From contig NIVC01001489.1 of assembly GCA_002269645.1 (NCBI GenBank), positions 62,001 to 126,000 on the forward strand: a stretch of 64,000 nt of DNA, in the 5' to 3' direction. The DNA is from Macrostomum lignano (lineage: Eukaryota). Positions 37,548 through 48,904 of this stretch are shown here, one piece after another (the stretch's first letter is position 1; the number at the start of each line of letters is the position of its first letter). The position numbers were made by a program, and so were the translations under genes. The notes beneath the pieces are model-generated. The model had not been told where the DNA came from. It was given only the letters and a program-made list of their open reading frames with translations, and did no database searches.

Positions 37548-38865
37548 ATGAGCTCCAAGGGCAAGTACACCTACCATTACTTCAACATTCGAGCCAGGGG
37601 TGAGTTTATCCGCTGGATTCTGGCTGCCAGCGGCCTGCCATGGGAGGACCGGCGAATTGAGATGCAGGAGTGGCAGACTTTGAAGCCAAGTGAGTGCTTT
37701 TGTGCATGCTTGCAATTTTTTGTAAAAATATTGAACGATAACACAATACATGTAGAGTCAGTAAATAAGCTTTAGTTCAGTAAAGTACAGTATACACGTA
37801 TTGCAAAATTTGTAATACAAAAATTGTAACTATAAGCTTACATGAAAACTGTTGTATTCAGTAGATGTTTTGAGATGTTTCAGAAGATACTTTTGGTTAA
37901 GTATAATAATTTCCCAAAGTAGGGTAGATTCGGCAGAGCAGATCGCAGATTCGGTAGAGTGGATCGCAGATTCGGCATAGCAGATTGCACACTCGGCAGA
38001 GCAGATTGTAGATTCGGCAGAAGGATCGCAGATTCGGTAGAGTAGACCACAGATTCGGCAGAATGGATTGCAGATTAGGCAGAATGGATCGCAGATTCGG
38101 TAGAGTAGATCGCAGATTCGGTAGAGTAGATCGCAGATTCGGTAGAGTAGATCGCAGATTCGGTAGAGTAGATCGCAGATTCGGTAAAGCGGATCGCAAA
38201 CTAAGCAGAGTCGCGATCGCATATTCGGCAAAGCGTGATCCCTAACCGCCCCCGCACCCCAGCTATCCCCGGCAACGCGGTGCCCTACCTGGTCACTCCC
38301 GAGGGCTACCAGCTCCGCCAAAGCGAGGCCATCGCCCGCTACGTGGCCAAGAAGGGCGGCCTCGTTCCCACAGACGACCTGGCCGCTTACAAATGCGACG
38401 CCATCGTTGACACGGTCATGATTGACATGTTCGACGCCGTGGTGAAGTTCATGCCGCTCAAGTCGCCGGAGGAGCGAGCCAAGGGCTTCCAGAACTGGAA
38501 CGAGCTGGCCGGGCCGAAGTTCTACGGCATCATCGACCAGTGGGTGAAGGAGAGCCGCTCGGGCTATTTGGTCGGCGATAGGGTGAGTAAAGCTCTGTTC
38601 CGCACTGCTCTACTCATAGTAGGCGAGCTAGGAATATGTACCGACTTTTTATCCAAGAAACGCGAATAGCTCTTTATCCAATGCGCAGATGACCTGGGCT
38701 GACCTCACCGTGGCCTGCATCGTGAACAGTCTGGGACTCATCGATGAGATCAAGGCCAGCCAGGACGCCTACCCGGACGTGAAGGCCTTCGCAGAGCGGA
38801 TCGCGCAGTCGGGCAAAGTGCAGGACTACCTGAAGACCAGGCCTGCCGGCATGTTCCAGTTCTGA
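37548..38865 (+). CDS. Glutathione S-transferase, sigma-like, copy 2, 212 aa; exons 37548-37689, 38263-38582, 38689-38865
   Basis: Paralog of copy 1, offset 4503 bp in the 3' part. Exon 1 reads YHYFNIRARGEF. Confidence 0.92.
37925..38200 (+). repeat. 21-bp minisatellite (gtagagtagatcgcagattcg)n in GST intron 1 (shorter copy at ~33570-33700)
   Basis: Direct tandem repeat in both paralogs. Confidence 0.9.
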
Positions 38866-39451
38866 TGTACGAGCTGCTCGTTGACAGATCCTCTAACGAC
38901 TGTTGGTCCTATTTTTCATCTTAAAAACTGAATTACACGTACAAGTAGCTTACAGAATAAATTATAAGAAATTATGAGTACTACATTAATTTGTTATTTA
39001 TAAACTTTGAGCCTGTTGATAATCTAATTAATCTAACACCTTAGCCTGAATGAAGTAGTTAGCCGCACGTAGACACTAGTAAATTCACTGACAATTGAAT
39101 TGCTTATAGTTGGCCATATGCATTGAAATATTTAGATAAATTGTATCAGATTCCTACGCTCGTGCATCCATGCTCTAGTTGTTTTCATTTTTACTTTATA
39201 CCTTATCATCCGATAAACGTTAGATACCAAAACAACATGGCACCAATTCCACCTCCTATAAATTGGAAGCATCTTGCCCGTAGACGCACTTAATGGAGTC
39301 AAGACTGACGAGCTTCATTTCCTGTCGGGATTTAGTCATCATGATCACTGCGACGATGCATCTCTGGCTGAATTTATGCGTTGGTTGGATAGATACGTGT
39401 ATATTCTTCTACGCAACTATATTTGAATGTTAATGTTACTGTAGAAGTTTA

Positions 39452-40292
39452 CATTGCTATGCGTTTTCGTCTATGGCATTAGTTGGCGCCGGAACGAGTC
39501 GAGGTCGGGGAGTGAGACGGGGGTGTCGGGCGAAGCTCCCACTTTCTACAATTAAACGTAAATAAATTTTAGTGTATGGTTCAAAATTGTCTATGGCCAT
39601 AAACTCACCACCCCAAGAAGTTCTTCCAAGGCTGCGTGTTATAGACTACTAGTCTATAGCGAAACACTATAGTCAATGCACTTACTGCTGAAGAATATAC
39701 CATTAATATGCACTGTAGTTTTTTGACCCTATAAAGAGAGAGACAGAAGGTTTAAGAGAGCTGAGTAGAAAGACTTAAATGTAGTATATTTGATTGCTTG
39801 CAAATCTTTCATTTACGCAAGCAACTTCGTCATGGCTGACGCAGAGCCAACTACAGTGGCAGAAGTTCTGCTTCCTCTAGTTAGCTACTGAGCTATACCG
39901 AATGGTGAGATTTCAGGAGAAACATCCGGCGAGTTCGCCTTGAGTAGCACGTCATTCAGGCGAGATGGGAACCGCTATAAATTCTCCGAGAAAACCTGCT
40001 AGAGGATTTCGCTATCTTCAAGAGTTTATGAAGAACATCAGTGAGAAATCAGGCCTTAAAGGTGTACACCAACCGCTGCATACGGTAGGTAGTTTGACCT
40101 GTGCTTTTGCCCAGTCACAATCCGATCGATATTCTTTTTGAGTGAAGTTACTGTGTAGGTCTGGTATTAACTGATTAGCATACGATTTCTGTGTTGAAAA
40201 GTTTCCCGGTGTTTTGCTAGCATCTAAAAATACAATTTACCCTTCGTTATTGTTTAAATTTCCGTTATTGTCACCGAAAGGGCATGGCAATG
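39452..40292 (+). mobile_element. Crypton-like tyrosine-recombinase element relic, copy 1 (internally deleted)
   Basis: EFMKNISEKSGL..VYTNRCIR. Ends cattgctatgc / gcatggcaatg are inverted. Lacks ~410 bp present in copy 2. Confidence 0.65.
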
Positions 40293-40350
40293 ATACATTC
40301 TCGCGCGAGCGTGGTAATGACATTAACACTCAAAAATAGTGCAGTAGAAA

Positions 40351-41560
40351 CATTGCTATGCGCTTTCGTCTATGGCATTAGTTGGCGCCGGAAGGAGTCG
40401 AGGAGGGGGGAGAGTGAGAATGGGGGTGTGGGGGCGAAGCCCCCACTTTTTAAAATGAAATTTAAATAAATTTTAGTCTATGGCCCACATCGACATTAAT
40501 ATGCTCTGTAGTTTTTTGATGCCATAAAGAGGGAGACAGAAGGTTTAAGAGAGCTGAGTAGAAAGACAGCAGATTTGATTGCTTGCATCTTTCATTTACA
40601 CAAACAAAATCGAAATGGCTGACGCAGAGCCAACTACAGTGGCAGAAGTTCTGCTTCCTCTATTTAACTACGGAGCTATGCCGAATGGTGAGATTTCAGG
40701 AGTAACATCCGGCGAGTTCGACTTGATTTGCACGTCATTCGATCATGCCCAAGGTCATTAGACCGTCGAGATGCAGCGAACCGCTATAGATTCTCCGAGA
40801 AAAACTGCTAGAGGCTTCTATCTTCTTGAGTTTATGAAGAACGTCAGTGAGAAAGCAGGCCTTACTAAGGTGTACACCGACCGCTGCATATGGTAGGTAG
40901 TTTGACCTGTACTTTTGCCCACCACATTCGTGTCTCTGTGAACACATTTGAATCTAGACAAATCAGTTGCCAACTTTTCTTAAACTGCAGAGTAACTAGA
41001 GCGTGCCACCTGGATACCTGTGGCCAGACTATCCAGGAGATCTTGCTCATCACTGGGCGAAAGTGTGAGCGGACTGTTAAGCGCTACTTATCGAGGCGAC
41101 GTGATCGCAGTTTGTATAGGGCATCTCTGGCTGTGGATCAGGCGCTGAATCATACAGTTTCGGAAACTAATGTCAATAAGATCGTTAAGCTAGCTCGTCC
41201 AAAATCCAATCACAATAAGCGAGGCTACGATGGAGGAATGTGCGGATGTTTATCAAGAGCTTGTCCAGACCGATGGCGCACTACGTGTGCAGGCTGCTCC
41301 ATCAAAGAAGATGAAAGTGACCATTGGCGGCAGTCGCAATCTGATCGATATTCTTTTTGAGTGACGTTTCTGTGTAGGCCTGGTATTAACTGATTAACAT
41401 ACGATTTCTTTTTTGAACAGTTTTTGATGTTTTTCTAACATAAAAAAAATAAAATTTACCCTTTGTTATTGTTTAAATTGCCGTTGCGTGTTAATGTTCA
41501 AAATGACATTTAACACGCATCCCACGCGCGTGTTATTGTCACCAAAAGTGCATAGCAATG
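40351..41560 (+). mobile_element. Crypton-like tyrosine-recombinase element relic, copy 2, with spliceosomal intron 40893-40990
   Basis: LEFMKNVSEKAGLTKVYTDRCI / intron / VTRACHLDTCGQTIQEILLITGRKCERTVKRY resembles the YR HxxR and GH...Y boxes (His residues decayed). Inverted ends cattgctatgc / gcatagcaatg. Confidence 0.7.
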
Positions 41561-42569
41561 AATAACAATAATATTTTTATAGCAACGAGAAAATGCGCAA
41601 ACTGAGTGCGATTGGACGCGTTTGTTGTATATTTGAAATACACGAAAATTTATACACGCACTTGAGTACCTTTACAAGCAACAACAACGACATGGACGTC
41701 TAACTCTAAGGGAAAACCCGCGGCATGCTTTAATTGAGTTGCCTTTGCAAGCAACAATCAAGGACCACTGTAGCATAACAGGACGTAAAACTCAATGATT
41801 GTGTAATTTTAGGAGGCCAATTTCCTGTAAAAAATACACTGCAGAGATGGGAAAAAATCATCACAGACTCAATGATTGCATTTGATCTGGGGCAGTGAAG
41901 ATTACTATTAGTTCAATTTACCACGGACAGCATGTTACCCTGCTGCACTTTATATAGTTGTGTAGTGAAAGTTTCACTTTTATATTGTTTGTTTTTATTT
42001 CATAAGCTCATAATATTTACTGCCCTAGATGAAAAAATGATTTTTACTACCTCTACAGTGTACTTTTCCAGAAAATTGTACGTCCTCCAAAAATGATCCG
42101 AACGGAGTTTTACGTCCTGTCCTTTGCAACAATATTGACATGGATGTCTAACTCTAAGGGAAGGCCCGGCCTAATCTGATTCACCAATATTGTTGAGCAT
42201 TATCATCCGCTCCTGGTTGGCTCTAACCGCCTTTAAAATACCGACTGGAAACGACAAACTTCATGGCTATTAAGAATACACGAAGACAAATAGCTTCTAA
42301 ATATTGATATCTACACTCATTTTTACGACGGATTAAAACATCATTGCAACAGAATGATAAAAAGCGCTTGATTGAATACTGAATCGAAAAAAATTAACAA
42401 AAAACATAACTGTTACCTACAAAACCAGTCTGTTCCAACTGAGACAAAAAATCTAACCTAAACAATTAACTAGAATAACACTGAGAGCTCGCTGTCGCTC
42501 TTCAAGTAAGCAGTGATGCGATTTAAAAAGCATCAGTGCAAAAAATAGCGCGAACGTTCCTGTTGGCTC

Positions 42570-43010
42570 CCCCACCTCACTCCTGCACCCAACTCACTCC
42601 TCACCCACGTCACTCCTTACCCAATCTCACTCCTCACCCACCTCACTCCTCACCCACGTCACTCCTCACCCAACCTCACTCCTCACCCACCTCACTCCTC
42701 ACCCACGTCACTCCTTACCCACGTCACTCCTTACCCACGTCACTCCTTACCCAACCTCACTCCTCACCCACCTCACTCCTTACCCACCTCACTCCTCACC
42801 CAACCTCACTCCTCACCCACGTCACTCCTTACCCAACCTCACTCCTTACCCACCTTACTCCTCACCCACCTCACTCCTCACCCCCTCATTCCTCACCCAC
42901 GTCACTCCTTACTCAACCTCACTCCTTACCCACCTCACTCCTTACCCACCTCACTCCTCACTTCTTACCCACCTCACTCCTCACCCCCCTCATTCCTTAC
43001 CCACCTCAGT
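42570..43010 (+). repeat. ~16-bp CA/CT-rich minisatellite (ctcactcctcacccac)n
   Basis: Direct tandem repeat just 3' of PP2C exon 4. Confidence 0.9.
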
Positions 43011-43018
43011 TCCATTAG

Positions 43019-45743
43019 TCACATAGGCAGGTAGACGCTGCGAGACTTGGGAGGCCTGGCGCAGGCCTGAAACAGATGCCTGCTGCCTTTCCGATGCAGG
43101 AAGCCGATAATCATGACGGTCATATTGTCGCAGCCGAGGCCGCTATTGTGACAGTCCGGAGCCAGGCACTGCATCATCAGGTCTTCGCACACCTGCGGCA
43201 ATACATGCGCAGTTCAGAGGACGAGAGTAACTTCTCTGACAACAACAGGAACGACATCCGGCCGGGATCGAACCCCAACTCTAGCCACATCCGGGATCGA
43301 ATCCTCACTCTTACCACATCCGGGATCAAACCCTCACTCTTACCACATCCGGGATCGAACCCAAGGACTACTTAAGTAGATACGTTACTTTAGTCGTCCT
43401 TGATCGAACACTCACTCTCACCACATCCGGGATCGAACCCTCACTCTTACCACATCCGGGATCGAACCCTCACCCTTACCACATCCGAGATCGAACCCCC
43501 ACTCTTACCAATTCCGGGATCGAACCCTCACCCTTACCACATCCGGGATCGAACCCCACTCTTACCACATCCGGGATCGAACCCTCACCCTTACCACATC
43601 CGGGATCGAACCCTCACCCTTACCACACCCGAGATCGAACCCCCACTCTTACCAATTCCGGGATCGAACCCCCACTCTTACCACATCCGGGATCGAACCC
43701 TCACCCTTACCACATCCGGGATCGAACCCTCACCTTTACCACATCCGGGATCGAACCCTCACTCTTACCACATCCGAGATCGAACCCCCACTCTTACCAA
43801 TTCCGGGATCGAACCCCCACTCTTACCACATCCGGGATCGAACCCCACTCTTACCACATCCGGGATCGAACCCTCACTCTTACCACATCCGGGATCGAAC
43901 CCTCACCCTTACCACATCCGAGATCGAACCCCCACTCTTACCACATCCGGGATCGAACCCCACTCTTACCACGTCCGGGTCCATCTCCTGGGCCAATCGG
44001 ACACGAACAAAGTTCACCACCTCCTGATTGGTGAGCACGTCCCAGATGCCGTCACACGCCAGCACAATGAATTCAACATCGGGTGTCACGTCGTTCACGG
44101 TGACGTCAGGCTTCGCTGATGTAGAAGATCAGATGACATATAGATGTAGGGACACTTTCAAACAAAAGATAAATAAGCAACCTCAAAGCGTCAAAGCCTA
44201 ACAAAAGCCTGTAATTATTGTATCAATGAATCCGGGTAATGAGTGTTGCAAATAAACAGGCTCTCAGCACACCTGTTCCACTGATTTCTTGCAGGCTTTC
44301 GTTTCAGTCAGTGATGACAGAGTAGGATCTGTGTCAGGTCTTGACTGAGTCCTTTGCACGAGCTAATTAACTGCTTCATTTTCAAATAGGCAAATCCCAC
44401 TGACTCACTCTGACTTCTGAAGTGTCGCAATGTCACCAAATGTAAAGATTTAAGCCTTCCGGAGTCACAAAGGCACTTTCAAAGTAACAAAACGTCAGTC
44501 TTGGTGTCGCCCTTATTTTGTCAAAATGCTCCCCTTTGTTAAAAGAGGAATATCACTCTCCCAGAGCACTCCCATGTCACTCACCTGTGACAATCTGCTC
44601 CTCTGCGCTCTTCTTAGTGTTCCTTTTAAACACGAAATCGCCCAGCGCTCTGCTCAGCGCCAGATTGCCATTGACCCGGTTGAGGTCAACCCAGCCACCG
44701 GCAGCTTGAATCCGAGCTTTCTCCGTCTCATTGCTCGGCTTGTGATCTCTGCTGAGTTCCACGGCCAACCCGCAGACGCTCATCACGGCTCGGCTGTCGC
44801 CGGCGCTGGCGCACCAGACACGGCCTTCGCGGAGAATGATGGCCAGCGCTGTGGAGCCCGCCAGCTCGTCTCTGGTCTCCTTGCAGTTCTGCATCTCCTC
44901 GTCCAGTGCTAGGAAGCCCCGCTCCATTGCGGCGCTGGGGTCAGCTGGGAATGACGGCTGCGCCAGGATCTTGCGATGCAGGTTGGCCGCCGCGTACTTG
45001 GCCACCTTGGGGTGTCCGGCGGAACCGGATTAATTTAGCTAGAAATAGTCTAGGTTTTTCACCAGAACGCTTAGGCCAGAGATTCTCCCTCACCCCTAGA
45101 ATCTCAGCCCAGAGATTCACTCTCTTCCCTTAGAAGCTCAGCCCCAGAGATTCACTCTCCCTCTAGAATCTTAGCCCCTGAGATTCATTCTCTCGCCTTA
45201 GAAGCTAAGCCCCAGAGATTCACTCTCTCGTCTTAGAAGCTAAGCCCAGAGATTCACTCTCTCCCCTTAGAAGCTAAGCCCGAGATTCACTCTCTCTCCC
45301 CTTAGAAGCTAAGCCCGAGATTCACTCTCTCCCCTTAGAATCTCAGCCCAGAGATCCACTCTCTCGCCTTAGAATCTCAGCCCAGAGACTCACTCTCTCC
45401 GCTAGAATCTCAGGGGCAGAGCAGTATACCCAATGAAAGCTCCTAAAGACGATTTATCAAAATTCCTTCTTTTAGCCAACTCCTTAAGCTCCGCAGCCCC
45501 ATGGAATTGACAGGTCAATAAAAAAACTCATTTAGACAGTGGGGTCACCTTGGAGCCGCCATGCCCATCAAAAACGGCAAAGTAAGCGGTGTCTAGGTGA
45601 CCAGGCAGGCTGAGGAAGCTGGAATGCGCATCTTCCATATGAACCCGCCAGCCCTGCATGCTGGATGTGCCAACAGTGAGGTCTGGACTGCGTTTCAATG
45701 ATGTGTCCTTGTTTGTGACAGGCTCTGATAAGGTTTGGCCCAT
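43019..45743 (-). CDS. Protein phosphatase 2C (PPM family, ppm-2/Ptc2-3-like), ~311 aa; exons 45743-45549, 45005-44585, 44115-43970, 43192-43019
   Basis: MGQTLSEPV, SMQGWRVHMEDAH, FDGHGG, AGDSRAV, RVNGNLALSRALGD, LACDGIWD, GCDNMT. The C-terminus could alternatively splice to a short exon near 42560. Confidence 0.93.
43255..43975 (-). repeat. ~29-bp minisatellite (cccggatgtggtaagagtg[a/g]gggttcgat)n, PP2C intron 3
   Basis: About 24 copies. The unit overlaps the exon 3 donor. Confidence 0.95.
45075..45415 (+). repeat. ~30-bp minisatellite (agattcactctctccccttagaagctaagccc)n, PP2C intron 1
   Basis: Direct tandem repeat. Confidence 0.9.
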
Positions 45744-48700
45744 TGCAAACTGGCTGCCTAAGCTGAAAATTCTTTTTGATCTGTCAAGTTAGAAATGATC
45801 AGAAAAAACTAGAAAAGTTTTTCTGCAAATAATCTTATAAAATTACAAAATCAAAAACTATATCAATAGACTATTATAAGTCAATTGCAATACCCTGTCT
45901 ATTTTCATATACTTTATATACATTATAAAATAGAAAAAATATTTAAATGAAAGTAAAGTAAAGTAAATGAAAGTATTCTAATGTTAATTAAAAGAAAATG
46001 ATTAGATTTGGTTTGCATAGTATATAAATATAATCAAATGATTAGTTTTGTTATATACATGTAATATGATATTTATTTAAATATTTCTCTCAATTAAAAA
46101 AATACTTAGATATTCTTATTTCAAACTGTAAACATAGACTTTGAGCTTTACTAATAGCTAAGCTTAAATTAAACTAAATAAAAAGTAAGCTATAAATAAA
46201 TATTGATTTTATTGATTTTTTACAAAAGAAAACATCTAAACTTTGTTAGAAACATTTTATTTTAAGCATAAGTAATACCAAAGCTATTCTAATAGACTGA
46301 AAACAATATCACTGGCATGCTCATAATATAAAAATGACATGAAGGAAGATAAATGATAAAGCAAATGCTTATCAACAATAAAGCAAATGGTGATATCAAT
46401 AATAAGCAACAGTGCCAACACAAGGAAATAGTATTAAGAAGGCCTAAAAACTGTAGTAGGTACTACAATGAATGGTCGAATCAATATTATTCATGCATAT
46501 TAATAATTGCACAAAAAGCTTAAATTCTCCTTTGAAGAGTGTGCTCTACAATCAGGATATTTTTTAATAAAATCAGAAAATATATGACCATTATACCTAG
46601 AATTGATGAAGCAACTATCAATATGGGTTAAATCATTCGCCAGTGACTAAGTGAACACGTAAAAATACCCCTTTGTATTATTAATTAATTATATATTTCA
46701 ATTAAGTCCTTCTCCCTAATTAGTTACAGTCAGTGTAAGGGCAGTGAGGCCGGCTTATTATAAATCGGCGGGCTGCCAATTTATTTGCAAACAATATTAT
46801 AATTAAATTGCATCGGTGATACATTATACGTACGGCTTAAAACAAAAAGTAAAATAAGTTTATAAAAATTTTGCGCGTCTTTTTTTAATCATTGCTTGTC
46901 ATTTTTATTATTAAATATCTTCAACAGAATTATTTCGGTTATACGCGGAGAATCAGAACTTAGGAGAACCATTCCTCAATTAACCACGAATACTCTCGTA
47001 GAGTATTGTTCTCACTATACTTTCCTTGTAGATTATTAGCAGAACATACAGTGTAGTTTTGCAACTAACTTGCAGGGTCTTAATTTAAGTGTACTTGATA
47101 CGCGTCACGTTTTCACAGGAATAAATCTGTATGCATGGCATTAAGAGTTTAGTCTCAGTTCGGCTGAATCGACTGGAACCATGCATATAAGGACCCTTGG
47201 TCGATTATACTATGAGTGAGATAATTAAGAGCAGCAAAAATGCACTAGAGTCCAAAATAGCAGGTACAGCTTCGAGCAGTATGTTATTTACATCATTTTG
47301 CACTGAAAATGAAAGTCTTCCTATAAAATTTTACTAACACAGGACCACTGTAAATAAACTACTACTATTTTACTATATAGTGTAGTTAGTGACTAGTAAT
47401 AACTGTAGTTATACTACAGTTTGTCCTTGATATTCACAAACATTGCAATAGATGTACGTACATACATGTACGTGTACAAGACATGTATATGCTGCGCAGC
47501 ACACAATTGCATTATATATATGCTTTAGAAAGAAGAAGACATGCACAGCATCAAATTAAAACAAGCACACGACGGACGTATTTGTTGGTGCATCAAGCGA
47601 TGAAAATGTGATAATATATTTCTTCCAACTGTCTTCTGCTGTACTTTGGTCGAATTTTTAGTGATACATGATTGTTTAGTTGAACAGAAATAAAAAATGG
47701 AGATATAGCTAGAAATTGAAATTAAGATTCACTGCCAAAAATTTTGATCTACACATTCGAAAAATACATGTAAAACTGCAATCTACTATTAGCTATAGTT
47801 GGGGTTGCTTTATAGAATTTTTATTGTAGAGATTGGCTTTTGTGCTTTTTGTGCTAATAGAAATTCTATAAAAATTTTTTTTTCAGTCCAAAAAATAAAC
47901 TGTATTAAAAACTATAGAAATGAAATGGGACGGCGCGAATTACTAAAACATATCCGGAAAGTTTATGGGACAAAATTGGCGGCAAACAGCTATAGTTTGT
48001 TTGATAAGAACACCAAGACGTACATATATATTGAAGTTGACAATGGCTTTCATTTTCGGAAGTTCGGAATTTCGTCGAGAAACTGTGAAGTTGTTAAGTA
48101 GTACCTACTGCAGCATGGCCTTCTAATTTGTTTTGATTTTTCCGGGTTTGATCAGGGGGTTCTTTAGCTTATTATATGACGGAAAAAAGAGTGAACTGAC
48201 GAAGCAGCTATTGAAATAAATCTACTTAAAATATCTACCTTACTGTATCTGCCGTAGGAAAAGCGTAATAAAAAAGCTGAAAAACTAAAAAAGAAAAGCG
48301 GAGAAATTGGCGCATCCGACAATGGCAGTTATAGTCGTGCGCAGGTGACAGAAAAGACGCACTTAACGAAGTTGCACTACTGCCTAGCTAAAGAAAAACA
48401 CTTCCATTCGGTTTTCAATGATGCAAGAGGAGCAAAAATAAAGACAAGAAAAAAGCTAATATACATATAAAGGCCACGAAAAAGGATCGAGAACTAAATT
48501 TTAGCAAAATATAAAAAAATAGACGAGAAAATTGAAACAAACATTAAGTTGCTTTGATAAAAGGCACGAATTCAGTTGCGTTTGAATAATTTTACTAATT
48601 ATTTTGTGATTCAATATCAGATAGTTCGCAGACTCAGTCGAGCGAGCTAATAAGTTCTGAGTTTCTGAGTTTTTTCTATTGTTTTTGCTAATGAACTTAT

Positions 48701-48904
48701 TACATGTATGTTTCCATACGAACCTAAGTACTCCTCCTATAAGGTTTGCTAAAAGCTTTTATAATTAATAAATTCAGTCCCTGTTTAAAGCTCCCTCGCT
48801 ACTTCTGATGAGAGACAGATAACCCATGGAACAAGAAGCAAACTGAATCTAAGATTATTTTTTCCGATGTCATGGACGGATCTTTGAACTGAGATGGTCA
48901 ATTG

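Noticed and set aside
41690-42170. Short inverted/direct matches (acaggacgtaaaactc; cactgtag...ctacagtg) suggesting a MITE
   Set aside because: Matches are short and inconsistently nested; no TSD could be defined.
47799-48101. 100-aa ORF upstream of PP2C
   Set aside because: AT-rich, no recognisable motif or convincing splice context.
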